From the IMG/VR virus record IMGVR_UViG_3300045988_087855: a stretch of 54,165 bases of DNA; one strand, 5' to 3'. A program made the position numbers and the translations under genes. Within the stretch, counting starts at the first letter, position 1. Each line of letters begins with the position of its first letter. Below the pieces are notes generated by a model. It was given only the letters and a program-made list of their open reading frames with translations, was not told the origin of the DNA and searched no databases. The stretch is from a virus. Shown here in pieces: positions 44,730 through 52,752 of this stretch.

Positions 44730-47606
44730 ATGCAGAAGAAACGAATATTCAAGGGAGCGTTCACCTGCAGGTGGGCTCCTTCGGACGGAGCGGACGGCAA
44801 GGATGGAGACCCAGGCAAGGACGGAACAGGAATCAAGTCGGCTGACGTGGTCTTTGTCCTTTCGGCAAGCAACACCAGCGAGCCATCGGACACCGCAGGA
44901 TGGGTAACCACATTCACCCAGCTCGCAATGAAGGAGAACACCTACGTATGGAGCTGCACCAAGATTGTCCTCACGGACGGAACGAGCAAGTACACAGGCA
45001 AGCAATGCCTCGGTGCGAGCAAGGACTTCATAACCATCACCGAGCAATATGCCGTGGGCAGCAGCCCAACCACTGCGCCAACGAGCGGATGGGGAACCAC
45101 CTACACGCCAACCAAGGAGCTATGGCTGTGGACACGCAACAGAATGGAATGGAAGAACGGAACAGTCACATACACCACACCTTTGTGCGTTAGCTACTTT
45201 GGTAAAGACGGAGCGGACGGCAAGGACGGAGACCCAGGAGACGATGGCAACGGCATCAGCTCGCAGACATCGTACTTCATCGCAACCGACAAGAAGAGCG
45301 TGGCATCATACAGCTCGGTGAGCGGATGGAGCACCACATTTCCAACGCCAAGCGACCAAAAGCCGTACGTTTGGAAATGCGTGAGAACCATCTACACCAA
45401 GAGCGGTACCACCTACTCCACACCAGAGCTCGTCACAACATACCACAGCGGAGATAATGGCAACATCCTGGAGAACGCCAGCTTCACTGACGCAGACAAC
45501 ATGGAAGCGTGGAACGTCAAGAGCCAATACCAGCCACTCAGCGGAAAGACTGCACCGCAGGATCTGGGTAGCATTGACACCAGCAACAAGAAGGACGGAC
45601 GCAACTCATACCACGACACCTGCAAGGCGACAGGAGTCACCATCACCTGCAAGGAGATGCTCCGTCAGAAGGTACACCACCCAGCAGGAGGCATTCAAAA
45701 GCTGGCAGCAGGGCAATGGTACACGCTGAGTTTTTGGGCGAAGGGAAGAACAAAGCCTATTGTCATAAACGAGACGAGCAGCAACTACGGATTCGCAACC
45801 AAGGAACTCTACCTCATTGCAGGCAGGACATACACCATAAGGGTAATCGGCAAATGCGACAGCACTGCCGTAGTCAACGGAAAGGAACTGCGCACATACA
45901 TCTACGCAACCGATTGGAGCGAAGGGAACTCATGCGCAACCAAGAGCACATCGGTAACAGCAATGAGCATGACCTTCACCCCACAGAAGACAGGAGCCTA
46001 CCGCATATCGAGCTACCAATACGACAACACCGAGCCAAGGACTGGCAAGGTGACCGTCCAGCAGTACGAGATTACCGACCAGGTGGACTTGGTCACCTAC
46101 ATCTACCCGACAGCAGTGGACACAAGCACCAAGATGATTGTGGACGGAATCGAGGTAACAACGCCAAGCGACCTCGGCTACTCATGGAAGCTGACGGACG
46201 AGTGGACTCGACACAGCGTGACGTTCAAGACAAAGCAGAACCTCACCACAGAGGAACAGAACTGCCTGTTCAGATTAATGCCAGCCATTAACGAGGAAGG
46301 CTACAGAGAGGCGTGGATTTGCATGCCGAAGCTGGAGAGCGGAATGTTCGCAACAGGATTCATCGACGGCATCGATGACCTCCGAGGTATTCCTGGACTC
46401 ATAGAGAGAACCAGCGAGTGGAGCGCAGAAACGGAATACCACAACGACGAAAGCCTGTCGGGAGGAATCCGATACCTCGATATCGTGACGGTTACCGACA
46501 ATACCACAGGCAGCTTCACTATGTACCAGTGCAGGGTTACCCACACCTCCACCACAGCCAACGCACCGAGCGGAGGAGACAGCATCGAATGGCTCAAGCT
46601 GAACCAGATGCGACCAATTTACACACCTCTCATCGTGGCAAAGAATGCTGTCCTGCGATTTGCACAGACCAACCGCATCCTGATCACGAATAGCCAAGAC
46701 AAGGTGCAAGGATGCTTTGGAGGAGTCGAAGACGAGACAAACGGCTACCCCTTATGGATTGGAGGGGTTACTGCAGCAGCAGCCAAGTTCAGAGTGAAGT
46801 ACGGAGGACAACTCGAAGCAAGCGAAGCCAGCATCACGGGTACGATAAACGCAACAAATGGAAAGATAGCAGGATTCACCATAAGTGGAACCTCACTCAC
46901 TAACACGCCATGGACGAACGATGCTACTATTATTTTCCGAAACGATAATAAAAAATGTTTTGCAGGAATCGGTGGAAACGTTTTACCTGCTTCGACAGGA
47001 CTCAGAGCCGTGGCAAGATTCGAGAACGAAGACAAGACAAACCAATGGGGGCTCGACAAGAACATCGCTATGATTTTGTCCGCAAAGAACGGAACGTTCA
47101 ACTTTGCATTCACAGGCAGAGGAAATGGCATTTTAAATGGAGCTATGGCAGGTTACGCAATGGAAACGAAAGAAGCGAACAAAGAAAATACCTGCTTCAT
47201 TTTAGAGCCTACAAATGCACTTTCATTTCATGTGAAGGTTTCCCAAAAAAATGCGTCCATAGGATTGCCGACACTTTCGTGGATTTGCTTATTTCTTGGA
47301 ATTTCCCAAGGCACAGAATTTGCAATTACAATAGACATTTTAATAACGAGCACAGCCACAAGCGGAAATTGGAATGGTTCATTTATATACGGCAGAAACA
47401 GCAAAGTTAATGGAATGGACACAAAAGACTACCCATCAGCGAATTGGACTCAAGAGAAAAAAAACAATTATTATCATGATGGAAAAGTGTACAACTATTA
47501 TTTTACTGAAGGATTGAATAGAATCGTCCTGGTTTATAAGAATGGAAGTTATCTGGCTTATGCCGTAAAGACATCCGAATACAAGTATACCATCACAAAC
47601 ATTTAA
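44730..47606 (+). CDS. tail fibre protein with collagen-like GxY motifs and a duplicated N-terminal module
   Basis: 958 aa. DGADGKDGDPGKDGTGI and DGADGKDGDPGDDGNGI are each followed by a ...GW.TTF...YVW.C... module. The 3' end (about 46900-47606) is visibly AT-richer. Confidence 0.75.
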   Translation: MQKKRIFKGAFTCRWAPSDGADGKDGDPGKDGTGIKSADVVFVLSASNTSEPSDTAGWVTTFTQLAMKENTYVWSCTKIVLTDGTSKYTGKQCLGASKDFITITEQYAVGSSPTTAPTSGWGTTYTPTKELWLWTRNRMEWKNGTVTYTTPLCVSYFGKDGADGKDGDPGDDGNGISSQTSYFIATDKKSVASYSSVSGWSTTFPTPSDQKPYVWKCVRTIYTKSGTTYSTPELVTTYHSGDNGNILENASFTDADNMEAWNVKSQYQPLSGKTAPQDLGSIDTSNKKDGRNSYHDTCKATGVTITCKEMLRQKVHHPAGGIQKLAAGQWYTLSFWAKGRTKPIVINETSSNYGFATKELYLIAGRTYTIRVIGKCDSTAVVNGKELRTYIYATDWSEGNSCATKSTSVTAMSMTFTPQKTGAYRISSYQYDNTEPRTGKVTVQQYEITDQVDLVTYIYPTAVDTSTKMIVDGIEVTTPSDLGYSWKLTDEWTRHSVTFKTKQNLTTEEQNCLFRLMPAINEEGYREAWICMPKLESGMFATGFIDGIDDLRGIPGLIERTSEWSAETEYHNDESLSGGIRYLDIVTVTDNTTGSFTMYQCRVTHTSTTANAPSGGDSIEWLKLNQMRPIYTPLIVAKNAVLRFAQTNRILITNSQDKVQGCFGGVEDETNGYPLWIGGVTAAAAKFRVKYGGQLEASEASITGTINATNGKIAGFTISGTSLTNTPWTNDATIIFRNDNKKCFAGIGGNVLPASTGLRAVARFENEDKTNQWGLDKNIAMILSAKNGTFNFAFTGRGNGILNGAMAGYAMETKEANKENTCFILEPTNALSFHVKVSQKNASIGLPTLSWICLFLGISQGTEFAITIDILITSTATSGNWNGSFIYGRNSKVNGMDTKDYPSANWTQEKKNNYYHDGKVYNYYFTEGLNRIVLVYKNGSYLAYAVKTSEYKYTITNI
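44784..44815 (+). repeat. 32-bp direct repeat (collagen-motif DNA), copy 1
   Basis: GACGGAGCGGACGGCAAGGATGGAGACCCAGG matches 45208-45239 at 31 of 32 positions. Confidence 0.8.
45208..45239 (+). repeat. 32-bp direct repeat (collagen-motif DNA), copy 2
   Basis: GACGGAGCGGACGGCAAGGACGGAGACCCAGG, in frame, 424 bp downstream of copy 1. Confidence 0.8.
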
Positions 47607-47621
47607 AAGGAGAACAGACAT

Positions 47622-47909
47622 ATGAAAATCAACTTCGAGAAAGTCGAGGTTTTCACGAACCTCGCCAAAACCAAGGCAGCGGTCATCGACATCAAGGAAG
47701 GGTTTGCGGACGCAATCTATACACAGGGACAAGGGGTCGCTTGCCACGCCCTCGCCTTGAAGATTTACAACTCCAAGGGAGAGGAAGAGTACAGCGACAA
47801 GGAAGCAGAGCTCATCAGCAGATGCTCCGAGCTTTGCACCCCAGCGGTGATGGACGGCATCCAAGCAGCCATCACAAAGGGAAGAGAGCATAAGGAGGAG
47901 CAGGCATGA
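47622..47909 (+). CDS. hypothetical protein
   Basis: 95-aa ORF with AGGAGA upstream. Confidence 0.5.
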   Translation: MKINFEKVEVFTNLAKTKAAVIDIKEGFADAIYTQGQGVACHALALKIYNSKGEEEYSDKEAELISRCSELCTPAVMDGIQAAITKGREHKEEQA

Positions 47910-48307
47910 GCGCAGAAATTCTTCAAGCAATAGCGACCGCCCTCGTTACCATCCTGGGCTGCTTCATGTTCTACGATAGCAAGAAGCGAACGGAGGCAGC
48001 CAAGGCATCGCAGGAGGAAGCAAAGGCGACGGCTCAATACGCAAGCGGATGGAAAGACCTCTGCGAGCGCAAGGACAGCGAGCTGAAATCCAAGGATGCC
48101 AAGATAGACAGCCTCTACGAGATTCTAAACCAGCACCGAGCCAACGAGGATAAGCTGAAGGACGAGAACATGGAGATGAAGCTGAAACTCCAGGAGGCAA
48201 GCTGGAACAGATGCATCCGCAACGGATGCGAGCGGAGAAGCCCACCACGCAAGAGGGAACAGGAAAAGGTGAATTACACAGACAGAACAGACGAAGAAGG
48301 CGTATGA
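47906..48307 (+). CDS. N-terminally anchored coiled-coil membrane protein (i-spanin-like or holin accessory, putative)
   Basis: Transmembrane segment ILQAIATALVTILGCFMFY followed by a charged coiled coil. It lies at the head of the lysis cassette. Confidence 0.45.
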   Translation: MSAEILQAIATALVTILGCFMFYDSKKRTEAAKASQEEAKATAQYASGWKDLCERKDSELKSKDAKIDSLYEILNQHRANEDKLKDENMEMKLKLQEASWNRCIRNGCERRSPPRKREQEKVNYTDRTDEEGV

Positions 48308-48600
48308 GACTTACAACATATTTAACGAAGCTCATCCAAACCAACAGCGGAGCATCCAGCAAGGCATTCTTTCTGGTAAGCGTGACCATCATCGGATGCC
48401 TCCTGCTGTTGATAATAGGATTCGTCCTGCTTTACGAGGTGATAACCACGAACACCATCCACACAGACCTCATGGGGATTGCAGCAGTCATCGGGGCGAT
48501 AGGCTCGCTTTTCGCCACGGCAGGAATCACGAAAGCATTCGGGGAGAGAAATGAGGCATCCTCTCCAAGTAACAAACCAACAAACAACACGGAGGAATAA
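48304..48600 (+). CDS. holin (putative, two TM segments)
   Basis: ATG at 48304 within ORF 48211-48600. Hydrophobic segments AFFLVSVTIIGCLLLLIIGFVLLY and LMGIAAVIGAIGSLFATAGI. It lies directly upstream of the endolysin. Confidence 0.6.
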   Translation: MRLTTYLTKLIQTNSGASSKAFFLVSVTIIGCLLLLIIGFVLLYEVITTNTIHTDLMGIAAVIGAIGSLFATAGITKAFGERNEASSPSNKPTNNTEE

Positions 48601-48603
48601 CCA

Positions 48604-49143
48604 ATGGCAGAAGTCAAGAAGTTCGAGCCTTTCGTTCTCAGATGGGAAGGAGGCTCCAAGTACACAAACAAAAAAAGTGACAGAGGCGGAGCCACGAAGT
48701 ACGGAATCACCATCGCCACATGGCGCACCGTAGGGTACGACAAGAACGGAGACGGAAAGATAGACGAAAAGGACGTGCAGCTCATCAGCGAGGAAGACTT
48801 CAAGAAGGTGCTCAAACGCAACTTTTGGGACAAATGGAAGGCTGACGAAATCAAGAACCAGAGCGTAGCCGAGATTTTGGTGGACTGGATCTGGGCGAGC
48901 GGCAAATGGGGAATTATCAAGCCACAGCAACTTCTCGGGGTGAAGGCAGACGGCATCGTCGGCAAGCAGACCCTCGCAGCGGTCAACGGCTACCCGAACC
49001 AACGCCAGCTCTTCGAGGCTTTGAAGAACGCACGCAAGGCGTACATCAACAAGCTCATCAAGGCAGACCCAAGCCAGATAGTCAACAAGAAAGGCTGGCT
49101 GAACAGAATCAACGCACTCGAATACAAGGAGGAACAGGTATGA
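48604..49143 (+). CDS. endolysin, GH108-type muramidase with a peptidoglycan-binding domain
   Basis: FVLRWEGGSKYTNKKSDRGGATKYGIT fits the GH108 signature (EGG...D.GG.T..GI). The C-terminal LGVKADGIVGKQTLAAVN fits a PG_binding_3-like domain. Confidence 0.8.
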   Translation: MAEVKKFEPFVLRWEGGSKYTNKKSDRGGATKYGITIATWRTVGYDKNGDGKIDEKDVQLISEEDFKKVLKRNFWDKWKADEIKNQSVAEILVDWIWASGKWGIIKPQQLLGVKADGIVGKQTLAAVNGYPNQRQLFEALKNARKAYINKLIKADPSQIVNKKGWLNRINALEYKEEQV

Positions 49144-49718
49144 CAAAGGAACGAAAGACGAACCTCCTCGCCCTGATCATGGTTTGCATCGTTTACATTT
49201 TGGCAGCAGGATGCGCAACCAAGCGAAAGGCGATGGCTGAGACTACCAGCAGCACCGAGACGAGCAAGGTGGAGCGAGAGAAAGACAGCACCATCACCGA
49301 GACCCACGAAACCACCAAGGTCACCGAGAGGCTGGTACCCGTTGAGGTAGAGATACCAGCAGCCAGCAAGGAGAGAACAACCCACGACACCACATCGGTG
49401 CTGGAGACAGACCTGTACAAGTCCACCGCATCGTGGAAGGACGGAGTCCTGCACCACACGCTGGAGGCGAAGCCAGGAGCCAAGGTGAAGGGAACGGCAG
49501 CGGTCAGAGACACAACCAAGAGCAGCTCCACGAGGAACGAGAACAAAAAGACGAGGAACTCCTCTACTGATTCAAAGAACCAGCAGGACAACACCAAGGA
49601 AGTCACCAAGACGGAGACCACACCCAGCTGGGCAGGATGGCTGACGGCAGGTATAATAATAGGTATAGCAGCGACCCTCGCCATCCTTTACCGATACCGA
49701 AAGCGAGGAAAGAAGTGA
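49140..49718 (+). CDS. lipoprotein with a C-terminal TM anchor (unimolecular spanin-like)
   Basis: ATG at 49140 (ATGA overlap). Signal plus lipobox LLALIMVCIVYILAAGC. S/T/K-rich middle. C-terminal TM segment WAGWLTAGIIIGIAATLAILY followed by RYRKRGKK. Confidence 0.6.
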   Translation: MTKERKTNLLALIMVCIVYILAAGCATKRKAMAETTSSTETSKVEREKDSTITETHETTKVTERLVPVEVEIPAASKERTTHDTTSVLETDLYKSTASWKDGVLHHTLEAKPGAKVKGTAAVRDTTKSSSTRNENKKTRNSSTDSKNQQDNTKEVTKTETTPSWAGWLTAGIIIGIAATLAILYRYRKRGKK

Positions 49719-49742
49719 GGAAAGAAAAAGCAAGTGAGGAAA

Positions 49743-49777
49743 GACCTCTCCACCAAGGCGTGGAGGGGTCTTTTTTT
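49743..49777 (+). terminator. rho-independent terminator after the lysis cassette
   Basis: 11-bp stem GACCTCTCCAC / GTGGAGGGGTC (one G-U pair), loop CAAGGC, then TTTTTTT. Confidence 0.8.
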
Positions 49778-49857
49778 GATAACTTAATTTAGCTAAGTAA
49801 TTGATTTTCTGTAACTTATAATAACTACAAAGTTATACAACTTTACGAAAAATTGAT

Positions 49858-49865
49858 TACCTTTG
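49858..49865 (+). promoter_or_regulatory. -7 box TACCTTTG (promoter of accessory cassette 1)
   Basis: Matches TAnnTTTG in an AT-rich gap. The same ATTACCTTTGCA sequence recurs at 51813-51824. Confidence 0.5.
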
Positions 49866-49925
49866 CATCAGAAAAGAAAAGGAAACGCCCCCTTAACCAA
49901 GGGGCACAAAATAGGAGAAAATACA

Positions 49926-50171
49926 ATGATTACAATCATCAACAAGTACACAGGAGAAGAGATTACAAAATACAGCAACGCACTCGTAAGCGAAGCCACA
50001 GAGGACAGCTTCATCGCAAACGTCAAAGGGTCGGGGATTTTCCGAAGCAGATGGAACGCAGTGGTTGATTACTTCATAACGATAGGCACAGGAGCATACG
50101 CAAGCACACAATGCCTGCTGAAAGACCAGTTCGCAGTCAAGGAGTGCATGAAGAAACAAACAAGAGCATAA
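49926..50171 (+). CDS. hypothetical small protein (accessory cassette 1)
   Basis: ATG at 49926 preceded by AGGAGA; 81 aa. Confidence 0.5.
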   Translation: MITIINKYTGEEITKYSNALVSEATEDSFIANVKGSGIFRSRWNAVVDYFITIGTGAYASTQCLLKDQFAVKECMKKQTRA

Positions 50172-50221
50172 CAACAACCAGGGAGGCGCAAGCCTCCCAC
50201 AAAACATAGGAGACAGAAATC

Positions 50222-50734
50222 ATGATGCAGAAAGAATTTGAAGACAGAGCAAAGTTCAAGGTTAGCGCAGAGTGCTACCACATGCTAATCGAGCCAGAGT
50301 ACAACGCAAGCAACCTCGACAAGGACGAGTGGGTGAAGGAATGGAAGAAGCAAGGAGGCATCCAGAAAGCATACGATTTTGAGAGACAGAACCGTGTGGT
50401 CTTGACGAAGGAGAACAAACACCAGCTGGAGCAGTTCAACGTGATTTGTGGAGAACGAGACCTCTACAAGAAGAAGGCAGAGAACCTACAGAAAAGCGCA
50501 AGCCTAAACCTCAAGGAACTCCAAGAGACAGAGGAAGAGCTGTCAGACCTCAGAGAGAGATACGAGACCTTGGCAGAGGCACTCATTAGGAAGGCAGCAT
50601 ACTACAACGACGAGGAACTGATGGACACCGCAAAGACAATCCTCGGAGAGAAGAGATACATAAGCTTCAAGCTCCATAACAACCTGGAGCTGACGGAGGA
50701 AGACAAGGAACTCATTCTTAGCAACATAAAATAA
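50222..50734 (+). CDS. hypothetical coiled-coil protein (accessory cassette 1)
   Basis: 170-aa ORF. Confidence 0.55.
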   Translation: MMQKEFEDRAKFKVSAECYHMLIEPEYNASNLDKDEWVKEWKKQGGIQKAYDFERQNRVVLTKENKHQLEQFNVICGERDLYKKKAENLQKSASLNLKELQETEEELSDLRERYETLAEALIRKAAYYNDEELMDTAKTILGEKRYISFKLHNNLELTEEDKELILSNIK

Positions 50735-50779
50735 GAAGGAAACAGGGGAGCCAACCACTCCCCTACAAACACCAAGGGC

Positions 50780-51010
50780 ATGAAACAGATTGAAGCAAGA
50801 ACGTACATAACAGACCAGATCCACGAAAAGGAATGGGAATACACATACGGAAGACTAAAGGAAGAGAAGGTGGACTTCACCTTCATCAAAATCAAGACAG
50901 GCAAGTGCAACAAGAAGCAGGGATTGTTCACTTACAAGCAAGCCGTAGAGCTGGCAAGAATGAGAACCAAGGACGGAAGATACAAGAACTTCGAGTTCTT
51001 GATAGGATAA
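50780..51010 (+). CDS. hypothetical small protein (accessory cassette 1)
   Basis: 76-aa ORF. Confidence 0.45.
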   Translation: MKQIEARTYITDQIHEKEWEYTYGRLKEEKVDFTFIKIKTGKCNKKQGLFTYKQAVELARMRTKDGRYKNFEFLIG

Positions 51011-51056
51011 GAAGGCAACGGCTGGGCTAACCACCCAGCCACAAAGACAAACAGAC

Positions 51057-51452
51057 ATGGCAAGAACAGAGTACATCTACGAATGGGAGAGAATGCCAAG
51101 ATGCTACAACCTTTTCGGTTGCCCATTCAAGAAGGGACACAGCGGAACAACAGAGAAGAGATGCATCCTCGATGGAGAGAAGTGCAGCGGCAAGGACAAA
51201 CAGGCTGCGAGAGAGTACGCAAAGAGCCTGGAGGGACAAATCATCATCAGCGAGAAGGAGAGAGCTGACGAAGCAGCAGGGCTGAGTTGCAAGGTCATCC
51301 AATGGAGAATCGAGTACGCCCAGCACACACTCGCCCTCGCCAAGGAGCTGGATCTGGACGAGACGGCTGGAGCCATCCAGCAGTGCATAGACACCTACGC
51401 AAGGGAGCGAGACAAGAGAAAGGAGGCTGGCACATGGGAGCAAGCAAAGTAA
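51057..51452 (+). CDS. hypothetical Cys-rich protein (accessory cassette 1)
   Basis: 131 aa. N-terminal CYNLFGCPFKKGH...KRCILDGEKC. Confidence 0.5.
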   Translation: MARTEYIYEWERMPRCYNLFGCPFKKGHSGTTEKRCILDGEKCSGKDKQAAREYAKSLEGQIIISEKERADEAAGLSCKVIQWRIEYAQHTLALAKELDLDETAGAIQQCIDTYARERDKRKEAGTWEQAK

Positions 51453-51727
51453 TCGAGAACACAGCCTACAAGCTGGTGGTGGAGACGGACAACGGAGCGT
51501 ACCGCCTCCACTTCACGAGACGATACGACACCGAGGTGACGATGACAGGCAAGATCCGATACGTTTACAGAGGATGGTCTGTCAGAGGATACCAGCTCGC
51601 CTGGGGCAATTGGAAGAGCTGCGACACCAGCCACATACCAGCCAGCTACAAAGACAAGAAGGCTATCCTCGCCTTCATTAAGAACCGCCCAGCGTTCAGC
51701 ATTGCAGCGAGCGAGATAAAACACTGA
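51434..51727 (+). CDS. hypothetical small protein (accessory cassette 1)
   Basis: ATG at 51434 within ORF 51287-51727, preceded by AGGAGG. Confidence 0.5.
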   Translation: MGASKVIENTAYKLVVETDNGAYRLHFTRRYDTEVTMTGKIRYVYRGWSVRGYQLAWGNWKSCDTSHIPASYKDKKAILAFIKNRPAFSIAASEIKH

Positions 51728-51732
51728 TTATC

Positions 51733-51773
51733 AGCTAACAAAGAGATAACTTTTATTATCTTTTTTGTTAGCT
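51733..51773 (+). terminator. long imperfect hairpin terminator
   Basis: AGCTAACAAA...TTTGTTAGCT outer stem (10 bp) with an inner AGATAA/TTATCT pairing, followed by a T-rich run. Confidence 0.6.
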
Positions 51774-51814
51774 TTTGTTATCTCTATTTTTATACAACAT
51801 TGCGATATTTTTAT

Positions 51815-51822
51815 TACCTTTG
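51815..51822 (+). promoter_or_regulatory. -7 box TACCTTTG (promoter of accessory cassette 2)
   Basis: Matches TAnnTTTG; near-identical context to 49858-49865. Confidence 0.5.
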
Positions 51823-51889
51823 CAATAGAAAAAGAAACAAAGAGCACAACAACTTAAGCCCTACGGCACCACGGTCAAGCCGCATTTTT

Positions 51890-52099
51890 ATGGCAAGAAC
51901 AATGTACACATACAACATCAACGGAAAGCAGGTCAAGCTAAGATGGGAGCCAGACATCTTCAGCAACGAAGAGACGGCACGCCAATTGTTCCACACCATC
52001 GCCTACCACGCATGGCTGGTCAAGGTAGGAAACAAGGTCTGGGCAGTTTGCCCAAGAGACGCAGCGAAGCTCGAAGAAGCAGGCTGCACATTGATTTAA
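51890..52099 (+). CDS. hypothetical small protein (accessory cassette 2)
   Basis: ATG at 51890 within ORF 51800-52099; 69 aa. Confidence 0.45.
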   Translation: MARTMYTYNINGKQVKLRWEPDIFSNEETARQLFHTIAYHAWLVKVGNKVWAVCPRDAAKLEEAGCTLI

Positions 52100-52136
52100 G
52101 AAACAAGCATTATTAACAACATAAAACAGAAAGAAT

Positions 52137-52379
52137 ATGAAAGCAAGAGCTATTGAAATGATTATCAAGAACATTTATAAGGACGATGAAATCAGAGAGG
52201 TCTCAATCACATTAAGAAGCGGAAAAGAAATCATTTTCTGCCCAAAAGAGAACGAGACGAACTTCATGACAATATACAACGAAGAACGTAACACAACAGA
52301 AAAAGCGAACATTCTCGTCCTCGAAGGAAACCAAACCCGACACATTGACTGCGACGAAATCGCAATGATTGACTATTAA
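52137..52379 (+). CDS. hypothetical small protein (accessory cassette 2, AT-rich)
   Basis: 80-aa ORF that is visibly AT-richer than its neighbours. Confidence 0.45.
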   Translation: MKARAIEMIIKNIYKDDEIREVSITLRSGKEIIFCPKENETNFMTIYNEERNTTEKANILVLEGNQTRHIDCDEIAMIDY

Positions 52380-52393
52380 AAAAGGAGACAACT

Positions 52394-52711
52394 ATGACAG
52401 AGCCAACAGGAAAGTACGCATTCGGAAAGCGAGGCGATGGACGCAACCAGAAGCGAATCGGGGTAGCTATCGACACCGAGCTGGAGGATTGGCTGGGAGC
52501 GCAGCCAAACAAGAACCGCTACATCAACGGACTCATCCGAAAGGACAAGGAGCTGCACCAGCTACGAGCCAACACCAAGGCAACAGGCAAGAACGAGGGA
52601 GAGCTACTGCAGGAGATGCGAGAGGCGTGGAATGAAAAGCGACAGCAGCAGGACGCAGAGACCGTCAGCCACAAGCGAGGAAGACCACCGAAAGACAAGA
52701 CGAGCAAATAA
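52394..52711 (+). CDS. ribbon-helix-helix-like DNA-binding protein (putative)
   Basis: RIGVAIDTELEDWLGAQPNKNRYINGLIRKD has a beta-strand plus helix pattern like CopG/Arc proteins. Basic C-terminus. Confidence 0.4.
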   Translation: MTEPTGKYAFGKRGDGRNQKRIGVAIDTELEDWLGAQPNKNRYINGLIRKDKELHQLRANTKATGKNEGELLQEMREAWNEKRQQQDAETVSHKRGRPPKDKTSK

Positions 52712-52715
52712 GAAG

Positions 52716-52752
52716 AGGGAGAATCCACCACAGGGTTCTCCCTTACTTTTTG
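52716..52752. terminator. bidirectional hairpin between the convergent RHH-like gene and the integrase gene
   Basis: AGGGAGAA (52716-52723) pairs with TTCTCCCT (52736-52743). A T-run follows on the plus strand. Confidence 0.55.
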
